A stretch of DNA of 64,000 nucleotides from Candidatus Woesearchaeota archaeon (lineage in GTDB: Archaea; Nanobdellota; Nanobdellia; Woesearchaeales; ARS49), in NCBI GenBank assembly GCA_038868995.1, contig JAWCRZ010000002.1:24726-88725 (forward strand), in the 5' to 3' direction. Made by a program: the position numbers and the translations under genes. Numbering within the stretch: position 1 is the stretch's first letter; each line of letters starts with the position of its first letter. Below are positions 53,169 to 62,901 of the stretch, piece after piece. The notes under the pieces are model-generated. The model saw nothing but the letters and a program-made list of their open reading frames with translations. It did no database searches and was not told where the DNA came from.

Positions 53169-54699
53169 AGCGCAACAACTCCATTCTGTCCTGCTGTGCT
53201 ATTCTGGTTATGCAGGTGCTGTTGAATTTTCCCGTGTCTCCGCGCTGGCTTTTCTCACCGAGGTATATGTACAATGGCCCTGGGTACTGGTCCATTAAGT
53301 CTCCAATTCTTCCAAAAGAGTCGGCTGTCCAGTAGCGCGTCCATTGCATGAGAGTCCAGTTTCCGTGGCCGAACAATCCAGGGGCGATGATTTTTCGTTT
53401 GCTGTACGCCACCAATAACGGCGCGTCTTCCACCATGTTGGATATTATGCTCGCGTTTTCTTCTGTTATTTCCGGAATGCCTGTTATGAACACGTATTCT
53501 TCAGGGCTTATGTGGTGGCGGCTGTCTCTTATTGCCGGCACTATTATTGTGCCCATAGAGAGCACGATTAGGGCAATCATCGCATATGCCGTCTTGCGGT
53601 GCTCTGCCAGAAGGTCTGCAAGCGCTGCTCCTGCCAAAATCACCATCATTATGTCAAGATATACGATAAACCTGTTGTAAAAGACCAAACGGAAATAGAC
53701 GATTATTGCGCTTATGAGCCACCAGGCGAATGGAATTCCAAACTCGCGCTTTCTAAGTAGTGTGAAAAAACCCATCAATGCCAGCGGCAGGTATGCCAAA
53801 CTGGCAAATTCGTATGTGAACAGGTCCATGAACGCTCCTGAGCCGACTGCTGTTGTAAAGCCGGCAGCCTGGTCTGCAATTAGTGCTTTGAAAGCAGTGA
53901 CGTAATACAGCAATCCTAGCCCAAGTATTGCCGCTCCTGAAACTGTGTGCATGAAAAGAAGCTTTTTGTCGTTTTTAAGGGAAATGTTTACGGTGTACAG
54001 AAGGTAGCAGAGCCCGAAAAGAAGGAAGGTTGGCTGGTGAACGCCGCAGAGCACAATTCCTGCAATGCTGCCGAGGATATATTGCTTTCGTGCAATTAAT
54101 GTGAATGCCGTTAGCATTAAAATGAGGGCAAGGACATTTTTGAAAAAGAGCGCGTGAAAGACGACAAACTGCGCATAGGAGAGCGCGTAGAAAAAAACGG
54201 CAAGGATTGCCGCATTTCTGTTGAAAAATGTCTTTGTGAAAGTGTATATTGCTCCTCCAAGCATCATCTGCAGCAATATGTAGAAATAAACAACCAGCGC
54301 GATTGTGCTTGTGCCTGTCGCTTTGAAGAAGTTTGTTATCGTGAAAAGTCCTGGTGGAGACCATTTTGCAAACCATTCATCCACGTCTCCAGCAGAATAT
54401 TGCTCTATTGCTGCTGTATAGAATCCTGCGTCAAAGCCAAGAGGCAGGCCGTTGTCCCAGTATGGCGCAATTCTTGTTGCAAGGATGAGCAGAATTCCTA
54501 CAATAAGCAGCCATGCTGGCAGCTGCGCCTTTTTTTCGGTTTTTTCCTTCCGCACGGCATATATTATCGCGATAATCAGTGCAAAAATTTCAAAATGGAG
54601 CGTGTACCTTGTGAAAACCCTGAAGCTTGCCAGCGTGACAAGGATAAGGTACACGGTTAAAAGCTGCCAAGATGTCTGCCTGAAAAGTCGCCCCCACAT
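53158..54699 (-). CDS. polytopic membrane protein (~513 aa, >=10 TM); candidate GT-C-type glycosyltransferase/polymerase
   Basis: Hydrophobicity pattern only. No AglB WWDYG motif. Confidence 0.5.
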   Translation of the reverse strand: MWGRLFRQTSWQLLTVYLILVTLASFRVFTRYTLHFEIFALIIAIIYAVRKEKTEKKAQLPAWLLIVGILLILATRIAPYWDNGLPLGFDAGFYTAAIEQYSAGDVDEWFAKWSPPGLFTITNFFKATGTSTIALVVYFYILLQMMLGGAIYTFTKTFFNRNAAILAVFFYALSYAQFVVFHALFFKNVLALILMLTAFTLIARKQYILGSIAGIVLCGVHQPTFLLFGLCYLLYTVNISLKNDKKLLFMHTVSGAAILGLGLLYYVTAFKALIADQAAGFTTAVGSGAFMDLFTYEFASLAYLPLALMGFFTLLRKREFGIPFAWWLISAIIVYFRLVFYNRFIVYLDIMMVILAGAALADLLAEHRKTAYAMIALIVLSMGTIIVPAIRDSRHHISPEEYVFITGIPEITEENASIISNMVEDAPLLVAYSKRKIIAPGLFGHGNWTLMQWTRYWTADSFGRIGDLMDQYPGPLYIYLGEKSQRGDTGKFNSTCITRIAQQDRMELLRYDC

Positions 54700-54754
54700 G
54701 TCGTCTGCCGTACAGATATGTATTTAAATAAATTTGTAGCCGTAAAAATAGAGG

Positions 54755-56047
54755 GTGGAAATGTCATTTTTAAGCAGGATACTGGGATTTCTTGGAATGG
54801 ACAGCGATTTGCACAGACAGCTGGTGCGGAATACTGTTTTTCTCATTGGTTCTGAAGCAGTCATCAAAATAATTGTTGCTGTGCTTGCTATTTTTATCGC
54901 GCGCCATCTTGGCACTTTGGGCTATGGCGAGTTGCAGTTTGCCATTGCTTTTGCAGCGATGTTCCAGTTTGCGCTTGACCTTGGCTTTAATGGCCTGATG
55001 GTGCGCGAGATTGCCGCTGACTACCGGAGCGCTCGGAAATATGCTGAGAATGTGCTGACTTTGCGCATCATTCTGGCATTGTTGTGCTATGCTGTTCTTG
55101 CCATGCTTGTGTTTTTTATCAACAAGCCGCTGGAAATAAAGTGGCTTGTTCTTCTTGCAGGGGTGCAGCTTGTGTTTATTACATTGATGGATTTCTGCTC
55201 TGCTTTGTTCCAGGCGTTTGACAAGGTTTACCTCCGCGCTGCGATGCGGCTGCTTTATCACGTCGTGCTTGTTTCGGCGTGCTTGTATGTTTTCTTGTCA
55301 AAGGGAGGTGTGCAACAGTTTATGTACGCGTATGTGTTGAGTGCGTGTGTTGCATTTCTTGTTGCTTTTTTTGTCGCACAGGCGAAATTCACGCGCTTTG
55401 TGCTCGGCTTTGATTTTGGTTTTTGGAAAAAAATATTTGTGGAAATGCTTCCTTTTGCCTCCATTGCAATTCTTGCAACAATGTACAACCGTGTTGACAT
55501 GGTGATGCTTTCCTTTATGAAAGGTGAGGAGGCGGTTGGAATTTATGCTGCTGCGTTTAATGTCTATTCAGCTTTTCAGCTGATGCCTGTGCTGGCGATT
55601 ACTGCAGGTTATGCGTCGCTTGCGCGTTTGTTCAGGTATGGTTCGCAGGGGTTCAGGCACCTTGTGCGGCAATATTTCTGGTGGCTGCTGTGTGCTGGAG
55701 TTGCCGGAGCTGTGCTGTTGTTTTTAATTGCCAATCCTCTTGTGCGGCTTGTGTACGGGGAGGTGTTTGCCGCATCCGGCGCAGTGTTGCAGGTGTTTGG
55801 CATATGCCTGTTGACGGGCACGCTGATTTATTTCCTGTCGACTTATTGCATTATCTCGCGTATGCAGAAAAAGTATGTGCGAATTCTTTTTATGGCATTG
55901 CTGCTGAATATCTGCCTGAATTATGTTCTGATTGGGAAGTTCAGTTATCTTGGAGCAGTTGTTGCCACGTTTGTTGCACAGCTTTACCAGGTTGTTATGC
56001 TTATCGCAGTAAGTTATTTTTCCGGGCAGCGGGTGTGGGCGCGATGA
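54755..56047 (+). CDS. oligosaccharide flippase (Wzx-like, MOP superfamily, polysaccharide biosynthesis protein family)
   Basis: About 430 aa with 12-14 TM helices. N-terminal ...LVRNTVFLIGSEAVIKIIVAVLAIFIARHLGTLGYGELQFA matches the PF01943 pattern. Confidence 0.75.
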   Translation: MEMSFLSRILGFLGMDSDLHRQLVRNTVFLIGSEAVIKIIVAVLAIFIARHLGTLGYGELQFAIAFAAMFQFALDLGFNGLMVREIAADYRSARKYAENVLTLRIILALLCYAVLAMLVFFINKPLEIKWLVLLAGVQLVFITLMDFCSALFQAFDKVYLRAAMRLLYHVVLVSACLYVFLSKGGVQQFMYAYVLSACVAFLVAFFVAQAKFTRFVLGFDFGFWKKIFVEMLPFASIAILATMYNRVDMVMLSFMKGEEAVGIYAAAFNVYSAFQLMPVLAITAGYASLARLFRYGSQGFRHLVRQYFWWLLCAGVAGAVLLFLIANPLVRLVYGEVFAASGAVLQVFGICLLTGTLIYFLSTYCIISRMQKKYVRILFMALLLNICLNYVLIGKFSYLGAVVATFVAQLYQVVMLIAVSYFSGQRVWAR

Positions 56048-57114
56048 GAATTGCAATTATTGCTGATGTGCTTGACAGGAATAATGCTGGCATCAGCCAG
56101 TACGCGCGACAGCTCATCATGCATCTGAAAAGGTGGCATGAGCTGACTGTTGTTCACGTGAAAAAATCAGATGACCCTGTATTTGAAGGCACTCGCGAGA
56201 TTATCGTGCCGCGCTTTTTCTCGTCTCCAAGCCTGCTCCGGCTTTTTGTCAACCTGTTCCTTCGCAATCTTGACGTCGACATTATTCACCATCCTTCAAC
56301 GTTGGGCGCTTTTGCCCTGCCGATGCGCCAGAAGCTTGTCCAGACGGTTTTTGACGTGATTCCTTTGAAGCTTCCAAAGACGCGCACTTGGTGGAATGGA
56401 TTTCTGTATCGGTTTCTGGCAAAGCCGTCTATCAGGAATGCTGATGCAATCATAACCATAAGCAATAACTCTAAAAAAGATATTTGTGAGATGCTGCATG
56501 TTCCGGAGGAAAAAATCTTCATTACGCCCCTTGCATCTATGTATTCCGTTCCAACACGTGCGGATGTTGAGAAAGTTCAAAAGCGCCATGGCATCTCTTA
56601 TCCTTATTTTATTTATGTGGGCACGTTTGAGCCACGTAAAAATATAGTGCGGATGCTTGATGCGTTTGCGCTGTCAGGGCTGCCTCACCATTTTCTGCTT
56701 GTTGGCAGCCGTGGATGGAAGGATGAGCATGTTTTCCGGAAGGCGGCAGGCATGAAAAACGTGCACGTTTTGTCAGGTGTTCCAAACGAGGACTTGCCCG
56801 CTTTGTATGCCGGCGCTGCCGCATTGGTGTACGTTTCGTTGTACGAAGGCTTTGGCCTGCCTGTTGTCGAGGCGATGTCTTGCGGCTGTCCGGTTATTTC
56901 CAGCTGTACGTCAAGCTTGCCGGAAGTTGGGGGCTCTGCTGCATTGTACGTCGACCCGTATCACGTTGGCTGCATTGCCCGTGCAATGAAGATGGCGGTG
57001 AAAAGACGGGCGGTGCTTTCAAAAAAGGGCCAGCGCCAGGCGAAAAAGTTTTCTTGGGAGCGCACGGCACGGCTGACTGAGCAGGTATATCGTTCGCTTT
57101 ATAGAAATCAATAA
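56044..57114 (+). CDS. GT4-family glycosyltransferase
   Basis: MRIAIIAD..., C-terminal LVYVSLYEGFGLPVVEAMSCGCPVISS.TSSLPEVGG. ATGA overlap with the flippase stop. The six-frame ORF was over-extended by 121 codons. Confidence 0.8.
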   Translation: MRIAIIADVLDRNNAGISQYARQLIMHLKRWHELTVVHVKKSDDPVFEGTREIIVPRFFSSPSLLRLFVNLFLRNLDVDIIHHPSTLGAFALPMRQKLVQTVFDVIPLKLPKTRTWWNGFLYRFLAKPSIRNADAIITISNNSKKDICEMLHVPEEKIFITPLASMYSVPTRADVEKVQKRHGISYPYFIYVGTFEPRKNIVRMLDAFALSGLPHHFLLVGSRGWKDEHVFRKAAGMKNVHVLSGVPNEDLPALYAGAAALVYVSLYEGFGLPVVEAMSCGCPVISSCTSSLPEVGGSAALYVDPYHVGCIARAMKMAVKRRAVLSKKGQRQAKKFSWERTARLTEQVYRSLYRNQ

Positions 57115-57130
57115 AAAAGGGTGGTTCTTC

Positions 57131-57550
57131 ATGTGCAGCATGAAGGCATCAGAATTGCTTGAATATTTGGGCGTTTCTTTTGTGGTTGTTCTGATTGTAG
57201 CTGCACTGAGTTTTCTGTTCAAAAGCGTGAACAATTACTTTCTGACGCGCATGGGTGGTATTCTGATAAAGATAGCGGCGGTGATTTTGGGGATTATGTT
57301 GTTGGTATGGCTTTCAGAGCTGGCACACTCTCGTGCCAAAACAGTGGCAAAATTCATTTTTTTGAAACGGCTGCTTTCGAGCGTTTGGAGCAGGCGCGTG
57401 CTGGTTGTCTGCTGGGGCGCGGTGTGCGGCGCCGGCATTTTCATATATTTCTATCCTCTAATTGCCTCATTCAGCTGGCTGACTTGGTTTTTTGCTGCTC
57501 TGCTTGTGATGTCTTTTGTTGCTTTGCAGTTGCCATTGAAAACGACTTGA
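57131..57550 (+). CDS. small membrane protein (139 aa, 4 TM)
   Basis: Hydrophobic ORF. Its 3' end overlaps the convergent GT-C gene by ~80 nt. Confidence 0.4.
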   Translation: MCSMKASELLEYLGVSFVVVLIVAALSFLFKSVNNYFLTRMGGILIKIAAVILGIMLLVWLSELAHSRAKTVAKFIFLKRLLSSVWSRRVLVVCWGAVCGAGIFIYFYPLIASFSWLTWFFAALLVMSFVALQLPLKTT

Positions 57551-58877
57551 TGGTCATTCCCCTAAATTTTTTTTCTGACTCGACTGGCAGGTATTTGTGA
57601 AGTGTTTTGGAAAGAGTGCCGTCGTCCTGCGCGTGGCTTGAGATTAGCCATATGGTTGTCTGGTTTTCAACAATTTTAGGCACTTCTTCAATGGTTTTTT
57701 TTATGTCAACTATTGGAATATGCTCTGCTTCAATTGTGAAGTATGTCTTGAACGGGTATGATGCGTATCCCCTGTCGTAAATGATTTTCTCTCCTTGGTT
57801 GAATCTTGCTTCAACGTATTCTGCCGCGTCTCTCCATTGGTCTTTTGTGTAAGCGTAGTGCGCCTGTAGTGGTGTGATGCTCAGAAGTATGGCTGCGATG
57901 ACAATAAGTGTTTTCTGAATTCTTGCAAGATATGAAAATCCTCCTCCGGCAAGAAGGTATAATGGCAGGAGCGCAGGCGTGATGTATCTTTCGTGGAAGA
58001 ATGGCCTGTAATATGACAAGATAAATGGAGCTGCTGTCGAGAAAAACAGCCAGGCAACGACAAGGTGTTTTTTGTTGTCGCCTTCGCGGATATATCTGAG
58101 CGTGAGGTAGCCGATGAGCAGTATTCCGATGATTCCGCCTGCCCATTTGGTTATTATGCTGTGCAGCTGGCTTGGCGCAGGCACTCCCAGCCAGAAGTTG
58201 TAAGTGCTTATTTTGGTGAAAGTGCGCTCGAAGTAAGGCAGCCACGGTACAAATAAAATGCCTGCAACAACCTGTGCCCCGATGATTTCCTTGATAAGTT
58301 GTATTTTTTTCCTGAAATTGATGATTGCAAAAAGTGTTTGCGGTGCAATGAAAAAAATCGCATAATAATGTGTGTACAATGCCGGAACTGTCGAGGCAAC
58401 ATACCAGATTAGTTTTTCCCTTTCCGGCTTTTTTAGCCATAAAACAAATGCGTAGTATGAAAGGCAGACGAAGAATACGAAGAAGACGTATGGCCTTGCT
58501 TCTTGCGATGCCCAGATGTGTTTTGCTGACAGTGATAAAAGAAGTGTGGAAAAAAGCGCGCTTTGCACTGAAAACAGTTCTTTTGCAAGAAGGAAAAATA
58601 TTGGCAGCGTTGCAACACCCATAATCGCTGAAAGTATTCTTGCATGCTCCGGCGTGTTGAACGCTTTCATCCAGAAATGCCACAACAGGTGTGACATAGG
58701 CGGCTGCTGGTCGATGTGCATCCAGCGTATTAGCTGGTCCAGTGATGGCTGGTTTGCTATGAACAGCTGTGCTGCCTCATCAAGCCAGATGCTTTGCGTG
58801 AAAAGGTTGTGGAATCTCAGGACGCCTCCCGCGATTATGATTATTGCAAGTATGCTGATTGCGGCGTTTTTTTTCAT
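57471..58877 (-). CDS. GT-C fold membrane glycosyltransferase (PMT/ArnT, GT39/GT83-like)
   Basis: MKKNAAISILAIIIIAGGVLRFHNLFTQSIWLDEAAQ (typical ArnT/PMT N-terminus with the first-loop DE motif), 468 aa polytopic. Start trimmed by 116 codons to the ATG overlapping the upstream stop. Confidence 0.7.
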   Translation of the reverse strand: MKKNAAISILAIIIIAGGVLRFHNLFTQSIWLDEAAQLFIANQPSLDQLIRWMHIDQQPPMSHLLWHFWMKAFNTPEHARILSAIMGVATLPIFFLLAKELFSVQSALFSTLLLSLSAKHIWASQEARPYVFFVFFVCLSYYAFVLWLKKPEREKLIWYVASTVPALYTHYYAIFFIAPQTLFAIINFRKKIQLIKEIIGAQVVAGILFVPWLPYFERTFTKISTYNFWLGVPAPSQLHSIITKWAGGIIGILLIGYLTLRYIREGDNKKHLVVAWLFFSTAAPFILSYYRPFFHERYITPALLPLYLLAGGGFSYLARIQKTLIVIAAILLSITPLQAHYAYTKDQWRDAAEYVEARFNQGEKIIYDRGYASYPFKTYFTIEAEHIPIVDIKKTIEEVPKIVENQTTIWLISSHAQDDGTLSKTLHKYLPVESEKKFRGMTIKSFSMATAKQQKTSQAEQQKTKSAS

Positions 58878-59200
58878 TTTTGGTAGGCGTATGCGCCAAT
58901 GTATAGAAGCGCGATCGCGGCAAATTGTGCGCTGGGGTAAATGTAGAATCCAAGAACACTTGCAAAGAGGTTGGGCAGAGGCAGGAGTGCGAGGCTGAGC
59001 AGGATTGCAACTGCAATCCGCTGGATTATGTCTGCTTCTTTCAGGAGGAATATGCTGAGCGCGTAGCCGGGCAGGAACAGGTATGCAAATCCGAGCACGC
59101 TGAACCTGAATGCTTCCCAGAGGGTGAAGTTGGTGAGAGAGAGGAGCAGGGTAATTCCTGCTATAATTCCTGCAATGGTGAGTGCTGTTCGCGTGTTCAT
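58874..59200 (-). CDS. small membrane protein (108 aa, 3-4 TM)
   Basis: ORF between two GT-C genes with start/stop overlaps on both sides. Confidence 0.45.
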   Translation of the reverse strand: MNTRTALTIAGIIAGITLLLSLTNFTLWEAFRFSVLGFAYLFLPGYALSIFLLKEADIIQRIAVAILLSLALLPLPNLFASVLGFYIYPSAQFAAIALLYIGAYAYQK

Positions 59201-60795
59201 GTTTGCACCGCCTTGTATAGTCCATTCATTACGTTGCTGGTAAAGTTAAGCTCAAGCCCGCAGGTTGCATTGGTGTATTCCTGCAGGACGTCTGCCGGGG
59301 GTATTTTGGAGCCGGGCACCACGTACACTGGGATGCCTTTCTTGTGCACGCCGCAGAGCATCGATGCAAATGTTTGTGCGTCAAATGGTTTTGACTGCGG
59401 GCTTGCATACGCGGTCATGTTTCTGGTTGGATAAACCCATTTGCCCCAGTAATCCCCAAAGATGAGCGCTTCCGGCTCTGTGACTTTGGCGACTTCTGCC
59501 GGTATTCTTGAAAAGGCGTGTGTTGAGCTGTAGTTGGTGAGCATTCCTTCCTGGGGGTGGAAGAGTATGCTGATGTTGATGACGGCCAGCATAACGAGGA
59601 ATCCCGTCCTGAGAACTCTGTTCCTGAGTGCGAGCGCGTTGAACGTGCAGAGCAGTATTGCAAGTACATACCATCCCATCCAGTATCGCACAAATGATGA
59701 GTGTATGATTGGGATTGGCTTGTCGGATCCGTGGAATCTTCCGCCGCCGAAATAGGCGACTGCCAGAAGCAGGTATGCTGCAAGGAATATGAGGAAGTGC
59801 TTGTGTTTTTTGAGAGCGTCGCGGTATGCGTGGAATGCGATGGCGATGCCGGGGAGCGCGAGAATCCAGAATGGAACGAAGAATCTGAAAATGTAGCGCG
59901 AGGCGCTTTCCCTTATTCGTTCCGGAATGAGCTGGTTTGGAAGAATGTATGCCCTTATCTTGTGTTTCATTTTCTCCCAGAATGTCTCTTTGTGCTCTCC
60001 AACCAATGACATATAGCTTACGTTGAGCGGGTTGCCAAGTATTTTTGCGTTGAAGATTAGCACGGGCGTAAAGAATATGAGCATTATGCAGCCCACTGTC
60101 AGGAATTTGTGGGTTCTTTTCCAGTGTGATGGCTTGGTTATGAAGACAAGCGCAAGTGGCAGCGTTATAAACAACAGGAATTCATAGCGCATCAGTATTG
60201 TTGCCCCAAAGAATATGCCCATCAGTATGTACTGGGGCCATTTGTCTTCCTGAAGCGCTTTCAGCAGATAATAGCTTCCTCCGATGAAAAGTGCAAGCGC
60301 CGGTACGTTGTTGTACATCACTGTACTAAAATACCAGAACGGTGCTGTGAAGAATAGCATTATTGCGCTTATGTATGCGTATTCTTCATTTATTATTTCG
60401 CGGGCAATAAGATAAATAAATAATACTGTAAGAACTCCGAAAATGCTGGTGATGAAGAACATGCTGTTTGGAATAAGCCGTTCAAATAGTCCATAGGTTG
60501 CAGGCATTCCGATAAATCCGGCAGGATATACAGTGCTGTTAACATTTCGCGAGTGCCGAGGTCCGACTCCACCAAAGGTGAGGTCGTTGAGCTGCTCTTC
60601 AAAAGTGAGCAGATAGGTATTCGCGTAGAGTTTGCTGAAGAAGATGTTTGCTGTTTCGTCAGGAGCTCTCCAGTATGGCGGCAAGAAATTGCCGTAGGCG
60701 TAGGTTATAAAGAAAAGTAGCGCGATGGCAAGAAGCATTATCTCTTGCCAGTTCCAATTCAGTTTTTGTATGCTTTTAGTGTTTGTTGTGCGCAT
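59197..60795 (-). CDS. GT-C fold membrane glycosyltransferase (PMT/ArnT-like), 532 aa
   Basis: N-terminal TM followed by a loop with the PDE motif (YWRAPDETANIFF), more than 10 TM helices, then a C-terminal soluble region. Confidence 0.65.
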   Translation of the reverse strand: MRTTNTKSIQKLNWNWQEIMLLAIALLFFITYAYGNFLPPYWRAPDETANIFFSKLYANTYLLTFEEQLNDLTFGGVGPRHSRNVNSTVYPAGFIGMPATYGLFERLIPNSMFFITSIFGVLTVLFIYLIAREIINEEYAYISAIMLFFTAPFWYFSTVMYNNVPALALFIGGSYYLLKALQEDKWPQYILMGIFFGATILMRYEFLLFITLPLALVFITKPSHWKRTHKFLTVGCIMLIFFTPVLIFNAKILGNPLNVSYMSLVGEHKETFWEKMKHKIRAYILPNQLIPERIRESASRYIFRFFVPFWILALPGIAIAFHAYRDALKKHKHFLIFLAAYLLLAVAYFGGGRFHGSDKPIPIIHSSFVRYWMGWYVLAILLCTFNALALRNRVLRTGFLVMLAVINISILFHPQEGMLTNYSSTHAFSRIPAEVAKVTEPEALIFGDYWGKWVYPTRNMTAYASPQSKPFDAQTFASMLCGVHKKGIPVYVVPGSKIPPADVLQEYTNATCGLELNFTSNVMNGLYKAVQT

Positions 60796-61835
60796 TTTTT
60801 CCAGGTGAATTTTCGCGCTTGTTTGAGTCCTTTTGCACGCATAGTTTTTCGTAATTGTTTGTCTGTGAGCACAGCAATGATTCCATTCCTAAGCTCTTCT
60901 ATGTTTCCTTCCGGCAGCAGAAGCGCCGCGTTACCGGTTATTTCTGGTATGCTTGACGTGTTGTACGCTATTGTCGGGCAGCCGCACGCCATTGCTTCAA
61001 GCACTGGAAGTCCGAATCCCTCGTAGCTTGATGGCAGGACAAATGCGTCTGCTATGCTGTAGAATGCCGGCAAATCTTCTTCTGGAATGGTTGGAATTCT
61101 AATCACTCGAGCGTTCAAATTCAGTTTTCTTATGAGGTTTTCGTGCTTTCTTGCATATGCCGGATACGCATTGCCTGCTTTCAATATGCAGTGTTCTGGG
61201 AATTTCTCTTTTATTTGCGCGAATGCACCGAGCAGTTGTGCGTAATTCTTTCTCGGTTCTTCGCTTGAAATGTGAAGTATGAATTTTTTGTCAGGCAAAT
61301 AATATTTTTCTTTTAGCATCTTGCATTCTTTTTTGGTTGCAGGTCTGAACTGTTTGTCAACTCCCAAAGGGATGACTGTTATTTTTTCCGGTCTGATGCG
61401 CAGGTGATTGATAAGGTCTTTTTTTGTGTTTTCAGAGTCAGCAAGTATGTGTCGTGCTTGTTTTATCCCTGAATAAAGAAATTGCTGTTGCAGCCATTCA
61501 GTAAGGTTGCGTGGTAATATGCGCCTGACTATGTCGTGGCATGTTATTATTTTGGGATGCAGGCGTGCATATGAGAAGTCCTGCATGCTTATGTGGTATA
61601 CATCATACTTTTTTGGGATGTGTTTTATTGCCGCCAGATTGAACGCGAATCTCCGCTTGAATGGCGCTCTGACTGATATTTCAGTCATTCCATTGCGTGT
61701 GTGACATTCTATTTTGCTTTTTTCAAAATTTAGATAATAATAATCAATGCTGTTCTTCAGATGCATAAAGAGGTTGTGTGCGTATTTGCCCACGCCTGTG
61801 TATTGCGGCGCTGGATTGATTAAAGCTATTTTCAT
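60759..61835 (-). CDS. GT4-family glycosyltransferase
   Basis: MKIALINPAPQYTGVGKYAHNL..., C-terminal FVLPSSYEGFGLPVLEAMACGCPTIAYNTSSIPEITG. Confidence 0.8.
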   Translation of the reverse strand: MKIALINPAPQYTGVGKYAHNLFMHLKNSIDYYYLNFEKSKIECHTRNGMTEISVRAPFKRRFAFNLAAIKHIPKKYDVYHISMQDFSYARLHPKIITCHDIVRRILPRNLTEWLQQQFLYSGIKQARHILADSENTKKDLINHLRIRPEKITVIPLGVDKQFRPATKKECKMLKEKYYLPDKKFILHISSEEPRKNYAQLLGAFAQIKEKFPEHCILKAGNAYPAYARKHENLIRKLNLNARVIRIPTIPEEDLPAFYSIADAFVLPSSYEGFGLPVLEAMACGCPTIAYNTSSIPEITGNAALLLPEGNIEELRNGIIAVLTDKQLRKTMRAKGLKQARKFTWKKCAQQTLKAYKN

Positions 61836-62770
61836 CTGTACTCCATTTTCTTGATGCGGTAGAGCGCCTCCTCAGATACTGTCCTGTTTGCATCTATGGT
61901 ATCTGCAAGCAGTGCAAGCATGATGAGCTGGAACCCTACAATCAGAAATACTGCTGCAGCTATTAATGACTGTATGTGCGCTCCTTGTTCGCCATTCAGC
62001 CAGAATGCAAGATATCTTAGTGAGAAGAAGAAGCCGGGCAGTGATACAAGAATTCCTGCAATCAGGAATACTTTAAGTGGCTTGTAGCGCACGTAGCTTC
62101 TTAGCAGCATGCTTCCCGCGCGTTTTGCGTAACTCCATATGTTTGAGATTAACCGCGAGCTTCCTCCTGTTCTTTTTCTGAATGTGCAGTTTGTCTGGAC
62201 TATGCGAAGCCGCTTGTCAACTGCCTGTATTATTGTCTCTTGCACGTACGTGTAGCTTCCCCTGACTGTAATGCGCAGTGCTGCTTCTCTTGAGAATGCC
62301 CTGAAGCCGGATTGAGCATCTTTGACTGGAAAGCCCGAGACAAGGCGTGTGACAAATGTGGCAATTATGTTGCCGTATTTCTTTCCAAATGGCATATGTT
62401 TGAGTGATAGCACGTTCCTGTTTGTGAGAACAATGTCTGCCCATTTTTCCGCGATTGGCTTTATGACTTTTGGTATTTCCGCGCTGTCATATTGCCCGTC
62501 GCCGTCTATATTTACTACGATGTCCGCGCCGTGTTTCAAGCAGAAATTTAAGCCGTGCTGAAATGTCTGTGCAAGTCCCTGGCGTGTTGGATGCGATAGT
62601 ACGTACGCGCCTGATTCCTTGGCGCGTTGTGCTGTCTTGTCCGTGCTGCCGTCATTGATGACGACTGCTGTTATGCTTTCAATGCCGGGTATGCTGCGCG
62701 GTATTGTTCTTATGACTTGTGCAATAGTTTGTTCTTCGTTATGTGCAGGAATCATGACAAAAAGCCGCAT
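61832..62770 (-). CDS. GT2 polyprenyl/dolichyl-phosphate beta-glycosyltransferase (DPM1/AglD-like) with C-terminal TM segment
   Basis: MRLFVMIPAHNEEQTI, VINDGSTDKT, VNIDGDGQYD (DxD), QSGFRAF, C-terminal hydrophobic helices. Start trimmed by 50 codons. Confidence 0.8.
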   Translation of the reverse strand: MRLFVMIPAHNEEQTIAQVIRTIPRSIPGIESITAVVINDGSTDKTAQRAKESGAYVLSHPTRQGLAQTFQHGLNFCLKHGADIVVNIDGDGQYDSAEIPKVIKPIAEKWADIVLTNRNVLSLKHMPFGKKYGNIIATFVTRLVSGFPVKDAQSGFRAFSREAALRITVRGSYTYVQETIIQAVDKRLRIVQTNCTFRKRTGGSSRLISNIWSYAKRAGSMLLRSYVRYKPLKVFLIAGILVSLPGFFFSLRYLAFWLNGEQGAHIQSLIAAAVFLIVGFQLIMLALLADTIDANRTVSEEALYRIKKMEYR

Positions 62771-62901
62771 AAAGCACCCCGTTTTTTGCTCCCTCAAATC
62801 ACTTATTAAATATTTCGCGAGACCACTATAGAGATACAACTGTACTACCCAAAAATTTAAAAAGGGGGTGAGTATTGTGATGGCAAAAAGGGCTGAACAG
62901 C

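Noticed and set aside
53158-60795. Presence of the oligosaccharyltransferase AglB among the large membrane proteins
   Set aside because: No WWDYG or DK/MI motif found by eye in any of the three. They look ArnT/PMT-like instead.
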